25,985 bases of DNA from the IMG/VR virus record IMGVR_UViG_3300025277_001773, positions 1 to 25,985 of that record. One strand, given 5' to 3'. The stretch is from a virus. Taxonomy: Duplodnaviria; Caudoviricetes. Below are positions 1 through 8,055 of this stretch, in pieces (within the stretch, counting starts at the first letter, position 1; each line of letters begins with the position of its first letter). Both the position numbers and the translations under genes were made by a program. The notes below the pieces were generated by a model, which did no database searches, was not told where the DNA came from, and worked only from the letters and a program-made list of their open reading frames with translations.

Positions 1-247
1 GGTAAAGGGGGGAGGTTGCTCCGGTTTTACTTATAGCATGGGGTATACTGAAGAAGAAGACTACGACGAAGTTAAGCTAAAGAAGTTTGAACAGGACGGC
101 GTCATCTGTGTTATAGACAAGGCCAGCGAGTCTTTCATAGCTGGTATAACTGTAGACTGGCATGAAGACCTAATGAAGCGCGGGTTCGTTTTTAATAACC
201 CTAACGCAACTGGGAGTTGTGGTTGTGGAAAAAGCTTCAGCGTGTAG
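1..247 (+). CDS. iscA: Fe-S cluster assembly accessory protein, IscA/SufA/HesB family (5'-truncated by window edge)
   Basis: Frame from nt 2 reads VKGGGCSGFTYSM upstream of the tracked ORF; C-terminus has FVFNNPNATGSCGCGKSF. GGCSG and CGCGxSF are the A-type carrier signatures. Confidence 0.93.
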   Translation, partial: VKGGGCSGFTYSMGYTEEEDYDEVKLKKFEQDGVICVIDKASESFIAGITVDWHEDLMKRGFVFNNPNATGSCGCGKSFSV

Positions 248-452
248 TTTCCCTAATCTAGCGACACTTCTTGTTTGTTCTTATTTGGATGAACAGAAGT
301 CTTCAAAAGATGTGAATATTGAAGCTATCAAAAAGCACTTTCATGTAATTTATATGGAAGCTAGAAAAGCGAACCCATTTGTTGGTAGCTGTACCAAGAC
401 GATTGTGAATGGTGTAGACTGGGATTTTGTAGAGAGGTATAATGAAAAATAA
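219..452 (+). CDS. hypothetical protein (start uncertain)
   Basis: Fills the gap between iscA and the next gene and overlaps both; no motif recognised. Confidence 0.45.
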   Translation: MVVEKASACSFPNLATLLVCSYLDEQKSSKDVNIEAIKKHFHVIYMEARKANPFVGSCTKTIVNGVDWDFVERYNEK

Positions 453-930
453 AACCATAGCTATTAGTGGGGGGTTTGACCCCGTACATATTGGTCATTT
501 ACAAATGATTCAAGACGCCGCACAACACGGTAGCGTCATTGTCATTCTTAATAGTGATGCATGGCTAGAACAAAAAAAGGGGTATGTGTTCATGCCCTTT
601 GAAGAAAGAAAAGCAATCCTCGAAGCGTTTAGTGATGTCCATCACGTTGTTGAGGTAGATGACTCTGACGGTACTGTATGCGCCGCCCTAGACCAGTTAC
701 GCCCATGTTACTTTGGGAACGGTGGAGATAGAGTTTCTGACAATGTGCCAGAAGTAAAGTTTTGCAAAAGGTATAACATCGGTCTAAAATGGAATCTTGG
801 AGGAAATAAAGTTCAGAGCAGTAGCACGCTCGTAACTCACGCTAAGGACTACGATTACAAGGATGGCGATTTGAAACAGCACAACGACCCTGAACATCCC
901 TTTAGGTTTGAAATTGGAGGAGAAGGTTAA
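442..930 (+). CDS. cytidylyltransferase/adenylyltransferase family protein (TagD/RfaE-domain-II-like)
   Basis: SGGFDPVHIGH (HIGH motif), LNSDAWLEQKKG, ERKAIL, NGGDR, KVQSSS; GAGG RBS at 434-437. Confidence 0.88.
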   Translation: MKNKTIAISGGFDPVHIGHLQMIQDAAQHGSVIVILNSDAWLEQKKGYVFMPFEERKAILEAFSDVHHVVEVDDSDGTVCAALDQLRPCYFGNGGDRVSDNVPEVKFCKRYNIGLKWNLGGNKVQSSSTLVTHAKDYDYKDGDLKQHNDPEHPFRFEIGGEG

Positions 931-1229
931 TGTCATCACATCTGCTCAGTAAAATGAAAAACAGCGTAAAGAACATTTCGTTTAAGTGCAAGATGGACGC
1001 TCTAAGCAGAGGCACATTCCGGTTTACCAAGCTGAATGGCAGAGACCAAGGCAAAGTCCACGGCAGAAGCACTGAGGGGTTTCCTGAATGCGGCGATTCT
1101 GCTACGATTGATGACGTGCTTCACACGATAGGGTGTGATTTGTTTGGGGGAACAAAATACAAGATAACTATTCAAGCGGAAGAAATACCAGATGCCAAGC
1201 AAAAGAAAGCTCAAGAAGAAGAAGACTAG
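930..1229 (+). CDS. hypothetical protein
   Basis: TAATG coupling to the upstream gene, purine-rich RBS; no motif. Confidence 0.65.
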   Translation: MSSHLLSKMKNSVKNISFKCKMDALSRGTFRFTKLNGRDQGKVHGRSTEGFPECGDSATIDDVLHTIGCDLFGGTKYKITIQAEEIPDAKQKKAQEEED

Positions 1230-1377
1230 AGAGAGACTAGTCAAGAAGAGGGTTCAGGCTAGGAGGGCCGACATCCGTGAAGAAGCTCGGCTTAAGAAAG
1301 AAGTCGAGGATATTCAGTGGGAGAACAGGGAAAGGATTACCCCAATTAGGAACCCTAAGAATGATGAAGAAGTGTAG
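1192..1377 (+). CDS. small basic hypothetical protein
   Basis: 61 aa Lys/Arg-rich ORF bridging two neighbours. Confidence 0.6.
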   Translation: MPSKRKLKKKKTRERLVKKRVQARRADIREEARLKKEVEDIQWENRERITPIRNPKNDEEV

Positions 1378-1927
1378 TAAGTGTGGTGAAGAGAAGCCAG
1401 CCACGCCTGAAGTTTTTTCTAGACAAGAAGCCGCTATAGACGGTTTTCACGCTTGGTGTAAAGAATGCTGTTCTGCATACAGCAGCGTAAGATTTCAAAC
1501 ATTAAGTGAACAAGAATCTTTCCGAGAAAGAAAAGCAGAGGAAAAACGAGTAAGAGGGCGCAAGTACAAAAAACTACTGATTGAACATTTTGGGGGAAAA
1601 TGCGTCACTTGTGGATACGATAGATGCCCAGCCGGTTTTGACTTTCACCATATAATTCCAGAGGAAAAAGAATTCTCCATCGGTCAGAGTTGTGGAAACT
1701 TCGCATATGAAAGACTGTTGAAAGAAGCCGAAAAGTGCATGCTGCTTTGCTCTAATTGCCATAGAGAACTACATTATAATGAATCAGAAGAATCTTCAGA
1801 AGTCGATAGAGATAGCGAAACAACTCTTCCCGACTTGCTATGCGAAGAGAGTGAAGTATCAGACGTTCCACTTTGCCTTTCTGTGGAAGAAGAATCGTCT
1901 GATTTCAATTGGGCAGAACAGAGTTGA
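1361..1927 (+). CDS. HNH homing-type endonuclease with N-terminal Zn finger
   Basis: KKCSKCGEEK...WCKEC zinc finger, then GGKCVTCGY...FDFHH...LLCSNCHRELH HNH core. Start moved to ATG 1361/1364 from the tracked 1277. Confidence 0.9.
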   Translation: MMKKCSKCGEEKPATPEVFSRQEAAIDGFHAWCKECCSAYSSVRFQTLSEQESFRERKAEEKRVRGRKYKKLLIEHFGGKCVTCGYDRCPAGFDFHHIIPEEKEFSIGQSCGNFAYERLLKEAEKCMLLCSNCHRELHYNESEESSEVDRDSETTLPDLLCEESEVSDVPLCLSVEEESSDFNWAEQS

Positions 1928-2231
1928 TAAACCATCCGCTAAGGCTTTGTACTTTGCGGAGAGGTTTAATATAGAAAAACAAAAGAAGTATCCCTACATA
2001 CATGCTGAGATAAGCGCGATTCAGAAGGTTTGGAGTAAAGTCTACATAGATAACTCAGTTAGCATGGTGGTACTTAGGCTTTCAAGGAACGGGACGTTGC
2101 AGAACAGTAAACCCTGTAGGGGTTGCTCGACCATACTGGCGGCGCTAGGCGTTGAGGGTATTTGCTGGTCTGATTCCAACGGAAATATAGTTTCTGGCGA
2201 TACCATTTTGCTCGAACAGGATATAATTTAG
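1779..2231 (+). CDS. cytidine/dCMP-deaminase-like Zn-dependent deaminase
   Basis: IHAEISAI and SKPCRGC match the HAE...PCxxC deaminase signature. Confidence 0.85.
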   Translation: MNQKNLQKSIEIAKQLFPTCYAKRVKYQTFHFAFLWKKNRLISIGQNRVDKPSAKALYFAERFNIEKQKKYPYIHAEISAIQKVWSKVYIDNSVSMVVLRLSRNGTLQNSKPCRGCSTILAALGVEGICWSDSNGNIVSGDTILLEQDII

Positions 2232-2238
2232 GTGTACG

Positions 2239-2472
2239 ATGCCAAAGTTTTATGTAGAGTCTGGACCCATGTTTGATGTGGTAGACGCTAAAGATGGAAT
2301 GGCAGCGTGTATAAAAACAGTCCTGAGAGCAGCGACATCTGGGAAGCCAACAAAATCTTCTAGCATTTTTATGGTTAATGAAAAAGGTTTTCTTAGAAAT
2401 AAAGATGTTGTTGACACTTCTGAGTTTATTTCATACGACGCTAAAGAAATATTAAGACAGCTACGGGGATAA
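2239..2472 (+). CDS. hypothetical protein
   Basis: AGGTG RBS, ATG start, ends just before the tRNA. Confidence 0.65.
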   Translation: MPKFYVESGPMFDVVDAKDGMAACIKTVLRAATSGKPTKSSSIFMVNEKGFLRNKDVVDTSEFISYDAKEILRQLRG

Positions 2473-2477
2473 TAATT

Positions 2478-2551
2478 GCCCTCGTAGCTCAAACGGATAG
2501 AGCAACGGTCTTCTAAACCGTAGGCTGCTGGTTCGAGTCCAGCCGAGGGTA
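2478..2551 (+). tRNA. tRNA-Arg (anticodon UCU), CCA not encoded
   Basis: Acceptor GCCCTCG/CGAGGGT, D-arm TAGCTCAAACGGATAGAGC, anticodon stem ACGGT/ACCGT with loop CT-TCT-AA (TCT 2512-2514), T-loop GGTTCGAGTCC; followed by CTA, not CCA. Confidence 0.96.
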
Positions 2552-2571
2552 CTAATATATAGGAGGAAAAA

Positions 2572-2991
2572 ATGCCAGCGAGAAGAGATAGCAGCAAAAG
2601 GTTGATAGTAGATTGCGATGGGGTTATAGCGGACAAAGACCACGGCGGCATATATGCAAACGCTGGGCCTTTACAGCACGGCATAGACCAAGTAAATAAA
2701 CTATATGATATGGGCTTTGAAATTGTTCTCTTCACCGCACGGTATGGCGACAGGGAGAACGGAAACATGCATAGACAATACGAGAGAGGATACATTGAAT
2801 GGGTAAATTGGTTGGAAGAACACGGTGTTAAGTACCACCATGCTTACATGGGCAAGCTCGCCGGTGTTTTGTATATTGACGACAAGGCGGCAAGAGTTGA
2901 AAGCGATAACGAAGATGGGTGGGGTCAGGTATGGAAAGAGATAGAGGATTTGGAAGGTAGAGACAGATACGGTCGGAAGATTATGTCATGA
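2572..2991 (+). CDS. capless HAD-family phosphatase (EcbF/BcbF capsule-biosynthesis-phosphatase-like)
   Basis: Motif I VDCDGVI, motif II FTAR, motif III GK, motif IV YIDDK; strong AGGAGG RBS. Confidence 0.85.
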   Translation: MPARRDSSKRLIVDCDGVIADKDHGGIYANAGPLQHGIDQVNKLYDMGFEIVLFTARYGDRENGNMHRQYERGYIEWVNWLEEHGVKYHHAYMGKLAGVLYIDDKAARVESDNEDGWGQVWKEIEDLEGRDRYGRKIMS

Positions 2992-3488
2992 AACTAGACC
3001 ATATTGCATACCGAGTGAAGAACAGGCATGAGGCGGCTCAGTTTTTCCGCCTCATGTTTAATTATGAGATTGGTACAGAGTTTGACATAGAGTTTGATGA
3101 TGGTTCCAAGGCTGATTGCCATGTTCTTGTGCCGCCAATGAGTCCTGTTATTATGGTTCGTGAAGGGCCAGAAATTTTTATCTCCGATGGCAGTCCCGGC
3201 TCGATTGTGGGAGACTGGGTTGAAGCGCGAAATGGAGTTGGCGGTATACACCACATGGCGTACAGGACAAATAAGATAGACCAGATTTTTGAAAACTGGA
3301 AGGAACAAGGTATAGGATTTTTGACAGACGGTATAATTGACTGCCCAGACGACAATCTTCGACAAATCTTTACCAAGCCGCTGGATTATTTGGGTGGAAT
3401 AATCATAGAGCTAATCGAGCGGGGGGCTAAGGGCTTCTGCCAGAATTCAGTAAAGAATCTTATGGAATCTACTAGGGATTTAAAATGA
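2988..3488 (+). CDS. VOC-superfamily protein resembling the isolated C-terminal catalytic domain of 4-hydroxyphenylpyruvate dioxygenase
   Basis: LDHIAY, GIHHMAY, LRQIFTKP and IELIERGAKGF parallel the HPPD His/His/Glu triad and LLQIFT motif; ATGA overlap. Confidence 0.8.
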   Translation: MKLDHIAYRVKNRHEAAQFFRLMFNYEIGTEFDIEFDDGSKADCHVLVPPMSPVIMVREGPEIFISDGSPGSIVGDWVEARNGVGGIHHMAYRTNKIDQIFENWKEQGIGFLTDGIIDCPDDNLRQIFTKPLDYLGGIIIELIERGAKGFCQNSVKNLMESTRDLK

Positions 3489-4987
3489 CAACCTATCAAA
3501 TCGTTCAGGGCAAACACTATGTTAATGGTCAGTTTGTTTCTCCAGACCCGATATCTTTTAGTTATTTCGATAGCAAGAACCCTGCTACTGGAGAAATCCT
3601 TGGGTCTTTCCCAGAAGCTAACGCTCCGCAGGTAGAGAGCGTATATCATTCGGCCAGAGATTCTTTTTCGGGCTGGAGAGAATACAGCCGGATAGAAAGA
3701 GCAGAGTATTTTCTAAACCTAGCCGGTTTGGTCGAAGAACGACGAGAAGAAATCGCTAGAGTTATTAGTCTGGAAACAGGCAAGGTCTATAACGAATCCA
3801 TTGCAGAAGTAAATGAAGCTCTGCACATGGCCCAATATGCTTTTAGCACAGGAAGAATGCCTTATGGAGAAGCAATCGCATCTGAACTATCTGAAAAAGA
3901 CGCTTACATGCTTCGCAAGCCGAAGGGTGTGGTCGCAATTATTGCTCCTTTTAACTTTCCTTTTGCTATTGGCGGCTTCTGGTGTGCCGCACCTGCTCTG
4001 GTAGAAGGCAATACTGTAATACTTAAACCAAGCGAAGATGTTCCTTGGGTTGGTGAACTAACAGCCGAACTGTATCATGACGCTGGCTTTCCTCCGGGCG
4101 TATTTAATATGATTCAAGGAGACGGAAGGGTTGGCAATGGTCTTATTCAACAGGATGTAGACCACGTTTGTTTTACCGGAAGCGCAGAAGTTGGGATGCA
4201 CGTTCGTAAAACCTGTGCAGAAAGCTGGCACAAGACCTGTTCATGCGAGATGGGAAGTAAATCGGCGGTAATTATTCATGAAGATGCGAATTATGACATG
4301 GCGATGGCCGCATGCTTGGCCAGCGCTTACAAACTATCTGGTCAACGCTGTGTGTCTGCTGGCAGGTTGATTGTTCACAGGAGTCTGTATAATAAATTTG
4401 CAGACGAGTTTGCCAACAGGAGTGGAGACCTTATAACAGGAGACCCGTTTGATGAGAGCGTTTTTTATGGCTCTTTAATCAATGAAAAACAGTTAGAGAA
4501 AGTTATGGAATTCAACAAAATGGTTGAGGATGACCCAGAGGCAGATGTTCTGCTCATGGGAACTAGATGCCATTCGGATGGACTATTTTTAACACCTACT
4601 GTATACCAGACGGAGTGGAGAGATGTACCCTATCTTAAACAAGAAGTATTCGGGCCTCATGTGGCAATCATTCCTTATGATACAGTGCATGACGCTATTC
4701 GGATTTACAATGACACTGACTATGGACTTGCTCTTGGGGTAGTAACGGAAAACTTTAAAGTTGCTAGAAGAATTCGTAACGAGTGCGACTTTGGTCTTGG
4801 CTACTGGAATGGAGGCAGCATTGCTGCTGAGAGTCACCTTGGATTCGGAGGGGTAAAGAAGTCTGGAAACGGACAGCCAAGCGCCGCTCGTACATTCAGG
4901 TCTGTTACTCACGAAGTTTCTTGGACTGTTAATCATGGAGATTCACTAAACTTTCCGCAAGGTATGACGACGGGAACTGATGAATGA
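3485..4987 (+). CDS. NAD(P)-dependent aldehyde dehydrogenase (probable semialdehyde dehydrogenase)
   Basis: APFNFP, LKPSE, FTGS, CEMGSK (catalytic Glu), SGQRC (catalytic Cys), EVFGP, FGGVKKSG. Confidence 0.95.
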   Translation: MTTYQIVQGKHYVNGQFVSPDPISFSYFDSKNPATGEILGSFPEANAPQVESVYHSARDSFSGWREYSRIERAEYFLNLAGLVEERREEIARVISLETGKVYNESIAEVNEALHMAQYAFSTGRMPYGEAIASELSEKDAYMLRKPKGVVAIIAPFNFPFAIGGFWCAAPALVEGNTVILKPSEDVPWVGELTAELYHDAGFPPGVFNMIQGDGRVGNGLIQQDVDHVCFTGSAEVGMHVRKTCAESWHKTCSCEMGSKSAVIIHEDANYDMAMAACLASAYKLSGQRCVSAGRLIVHRSLYNKFADEFANRSGDLITGDPFDESVFYGSLINEKQLEKVMEFNKMVEDDPEADVLLMGTRCHSDGLFLTPTVYQTEWRDVPYLKQEVFGPHVAIIPYDTVHDAIRIYNDTDYGLALGVVTENFKVARRIRNECDFGLGYWNGGSIAAESHLGFGGVKKSGNGQPSAARTFRSVTHEVSWTVNHGDSLNFPQGMTTGTDE

Positions 4988-5786
4988 GATTCTAGTATGC
5001 AATCCAAGATATTTCGACATCAGTTATGAAATTAATTCTTGGATGCGTATAGACAATGGTACAAACCCACAAAAAGCTAGTAAACAGTGGTTGAGCCTTT
5101 GCAACAAGCTGGTAGAATCTGGGGCAAAGCTGCATTATATAGAACCTCATCCTAATTTCCCAGACATGGTGTTTACGGCCAACGCCGGTCTCGTACATAA
5201 AAAAACTAAAACTGTAATCCTATCCAATTTTAAACACAAAGAGAGACAGGGAGAAAAACAGCTATTCAAAGAATGGTTTTTGAAAAACAGCTATAGAGTA
5301 ATTGAGCTTCCAGAAAGCATCTGTTTTGAGGGAGAGGGTGACGCCTTATTTTTAGGCGACACCCTTTTTCTTGGTTATGGTTTTCGTACCGACCGAGCGG
5401 CGCATAAGATTATTGCGGACGTTTTAAACGTGAACTATGTGTCGTGTGAATTAATCAACCCCCATTTTTATCACTTAGATACCTGTTTTATGCCGATGAA
5501 TGATAGAGTTGTTTATTTTAAAGATGCGTTTTCTGACTACTCTCAAATGACAATGATTGACGAGTTCATAAAAATTGGAACCAAAAGAGGCAGACTTGAC
5601 ATTCTCAACGTCCACGACGACCAAGCCGATGAGTTTATTTGTAACAGTGTTAACGTGAAAAGTTCAGTTATAACCCCTTCAGAGAATAGTCACCTATCTT
5701 TTGCTGGATACAAACAGCAAGTGTGCGACTTATCTGAATTCATAAAATCTGGGGGAGCAGCTAAATGCCTGACTCTCAAGTTATAG
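4980..5786 (+). CDS. pentein-fold guanidino-modifying enzyme (DDAH/amidinotransferase family; ArgZ/AgrE N-terminal arginine-dihydrolase-like)
   Basis: ILVCNPRYFDISYEINSWM, PDMVFTANAG, FEGEGD, YHLDTC, KSGGAAKCLT (Asp/His/Cys catalytic set). Confidence 0.9.
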   Translation: MNEILVCNPRYFDISYEINSWMRIDNGTNPQKASKQWLSLCNKLVESGAKLHYIEPHPNFPDMVFTANAGLVHKKTKTVILSNFKHKERQGEKQLFKEWFLKNSYRVIELPESICFEGEGDALFLGDTLFLGYGFRTDRAAHKIIADVLNVNYVSCELINPHFYHLDTCFMPMNDRVVYFKDAFSDYSQMTMIDEFIKIGTKRGRLDILNVHDDQADEFICNSVNVKSSVITPSENSHLSFAGYKQQVCDLSEFIKSGGAAKCLTLKL

Positions 5787-6973
5787 AAACGTTAAGAGAA
5801 AACATATTGGTTGACGGCTTTCATATAGTCGTAGACCAAACACGTAGTCTGGGTTCTTATGTGGTCGATTTAAATACGGGTAAGAGATATCTAGACTGCT
5901 ATTCACAATTTGCAAGCCAGCCCCTTGGCTGGAAGCACTCAGCGTTGATTAAAGCCCAAGCAGAAATGGGCTATGCTGGCAGGGTAAAACTGGCTAATAG
6001 CGATATGTATTCAGAGGAATATGCAGATTTTGTAGAAAAGTTCTCTGAGATTACCCCCGATTTTAAGCACTACTTTTTTATTGAGGGCGGCGCCTTGGGC
6101 GTAGAGAATGCTTTAAAGGCTGCTTTTGATTGGAAGGCTAAAAAACTAAAATATACTCATACGGTTGACATTAATAACCTAGATATATTCCATCTTAAGA
6201 ATGCTTTTCATGGCAGGACGGGCTACACACTCTCTTTAACCAACACGACCCCAGAGAAGACCGCGCTGTTTCCAAAGTTTAGGTGGACGACAGTAGAACC
6301 TGATTGGGAAGATATTGAACGCCGCATTCACGAAGAGGTGGCCGCAATTATCGTAGAGCCAATACAAGGAGAAGGCGGCGACAACCATTTTCCGCTAGAG
6401 TTTTTTACAAACCTACGACGGATAGCTGACGAACGCGACTGCCTTCTTATATTCGATGAAGTACAAACGGGCTTGGGCTTGACCGGCAAGATGTGGACAT
6501 ATGAACACTTTGATATTGTGCCGGATATGATGTGCTTTGGTAAAAAGACTCAGGTCTGCGGATTTTGCTCCACCGATAGAATCGACGAGGTAGAAGATAA
6601 TGTCTTCAACACTAGCGGTAGGATTAATTCTACTTGGGGTGGCAATATTGTGGATATGGTTAGATTCAGATACATAATAGATGCAATTCAAAAGGAAAAA
6701 CTTGTAGACAACGCTCACCATATTGGTTCGCACCTGTTGTGGTGTTTAAGAACTATCAGAGAGTTAGACAACGTGAGGGGCAGAGGGCTAATGATAGCCT
6801 TTGACTTACCAAGTTCAGAACTTCGTGACAGGATGGTTGAATTACTACAAGAAAATATGATAGTCCTTAAGTGTGGTAGTCGTTCGATTAGGCTTAGACC
6901 ACCCCTGACATTTTCCGCCGAAGAAGCGGACGCAGCGTGTCGATATATACGAGAGGCGGTAGGAAAACTATGA
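5765..6973 (+). CDS. lat: L-lysine 6-transaminase-like class III PLP aminotransferase
   Basis: FFIEGGALGVENALKAAFDWK, AFHGRTGY, EPIQGEGGDNH, FDEVQTG, FGKK (PLP Lys), RINSTWGGNIVDMVR, typical of the Lat subfamily. Confidence 0.88.
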   Translation: MPDSQVIETLRENILVDGFHIVVDQTRSLGSYVVDLNTGKRYLDCYSQFASQPLGWKHSALIKAQAEMGYAGRVKLANSDMYSEEYADFVEKFSEITPDFKHYFFIEGGALGVENALKAAFDWKAKKLKYTHTVDINNLDIFHLKNAFHGRTGYTLSLTNTTPEKTALFPKFRWTTVEPDWEDIERRIHEEVAAIIVEPIQGEGGDNHFPLEFFTNLRRIADERDCLLIFDEVQTGLGLTGKMWTYEHFDIVPDMMCFGKKTQVCGFCSTDRIDEVEDNVFNTSGRINSTWGGNIVDMVRFRYIIDAIQKEKLVDNAHHIGSHLLWCLRTIRELDNVRGRGLMIAFDLPSSELRDRMVELLQENMIVLKCGSRSIRLRPPLTFSAEEADAACRYIREAVGKL

Positions 6974-7812
6974 AAATTCAAACCGTTGGAATAATAGGGC
7001 AGGGATTCGTGGGCGGTGCTCTGAAACACGTATTTTCCAAACATTATAAAGTACACGCCTACGACAAGATGCTTAAAGATTTGTCCACACACAAAAGCGT
7101 GCATGATTTGTCCAGAGCGTGTGATATAATCTTTGTTTGTGTTCCGACACCCATGAAACAAGATGGTTCTTGTGACGTATCAATAGTCAAGAATGTTGTT
7201 CAGGAAGCTTGCAGCACGGGTAGAAAAAATATCGTGGCAATAAAGTCCACCGTGCCACCCAACACAACAAAAGCTCTTCAAGCTCTTTGTCAGGACTCTC
7301 AAATTGTTTTCAATCCCGAGTTTCTTTTAGAAAGAAACGCTGAAGATGACTTTGAGCAGACAAAAAGAGTTATTCTTGGAGGCCCGCGCCCAGCAACAAC
7401 TAGGCTAAAGCAATTCTATTCGCGGATATTCCCCGGTGCAGACATAATAAAGACAGACTCTACTATAGCTGAAATGGTAAAGTATTTAACCAATTCTTTT
7501 TTAGCTGTCAAGGTCTCTTTTGCAAATGAGATATACAATATATGCGAAAGCTTGAATATAGATTACGACAAGGTGGTCGAATACTCACTGTATGACGAAA
7601 GGCTCGGCCAAAGTCACTGGGCTGTTCCCGGCCCGGACGGTCACTATGGCTTTGGGGGAAGCTGTTTTCCTAAAGATATAAACGCCCTAATGCATCTAGC
7701 CCAAGTTCTTTGTATAAAAGCCAACACGATAGAGGGGGCTTGGAATACTAATCTTATGTCTAGACCAGAAAAAGACTGGGAAGAACTTAGAGGGAGGGCG
7801 GTCAGTGAATAA
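6970..7812 (+). CDS. ugd: UDP-glucose/GDP-mannose dehydrogenase family protein, short form
   Basis: GIIGQGFVG Rossmann motif, VCVPTP, KSTVPP, NPEFL, AEMVKY, GGSCFPKD. Start moved to ATG 6970 (ATGA overlap). Confidence 0.9.
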   Translation: MKIQTVGIIGQGFVGGALKHVFSKHYKVHAYDKMLKDLSTHKSVHDLSRACDIIFVCVPTPMKQDGSCDVSIVKNVVQEACSTGRKNIVAIKSTVPPNTTKALQALCQDSQIVFNPEFLLERNAEDDFEQTKRVILGGPRPATTRLKQFYSRIFPGADIIKTDSTIAEMVKYLTNSFLAVKVSFANEIYNICESLNIDYDKVVEYSLYDERLGQSHWAVPGPDGHYGFGGSCFPKDINALMHLAQVLCIKANTIEGAWNTNLMSRPEKDWEELRGRAVSE

Positions 7813-8038
7813 GCTGTTTATCTGTCGAGCAACAGTTGCCGCCAACCAAAGATACAATGAGAACAAGCCAGTTATCGTTAATCAGGAAGACGGGGAAACA
7901 AAATTTAAAGCCCATCGCGTAAAAATTAACGGTCCATGCGAGATAATTTACGACAAGGAATCACCGATAGAAACGACGGAACCCGGCAATGTTAGATGCT
8001 GGATTGAAACGGACTCTGAAATTATAAAAGTACGTTAA
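7805..8038 (+). CDS. hypothetical protein
   Basis: GTG start behind GGAGG, overlapping the ugd stop; no assignable function. Confidence 0.7.
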   Translation: MNKLFICRATVAANQRYNENKPVIVNQEDGETKFKAHRVKINGPCEIIYDKESPIETTEPGNVRCWIETDSEIIKVR

Positions 8039-8055
8039 ATAAATCGGAGGTAGTC

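Noticed and set aside
415-443. TAGACT-N17-TATAAT sigma70-like promoter
   Set aside because: Good spacing, but the -10 overlaps the ATG at 442, so the transcript would miss that gene's start. It may be coincidence with the RBS/start.
2250-2795. 181-aa minus-strand ORF
   Set aside because: Shadow ORF: it includes the antisense translation of the tRNA (PSAGLEPAAYGLEDRCSIRLSY) and overlaps two + strand genes.
2572-6973. Streptidine-like or phosphonate biosynthesis reading of the cassette
   Set aside because: The aminotransferase is Lat/class III rather than DegT-type, and no PEP mutase or inositol enzymes are present in the window.
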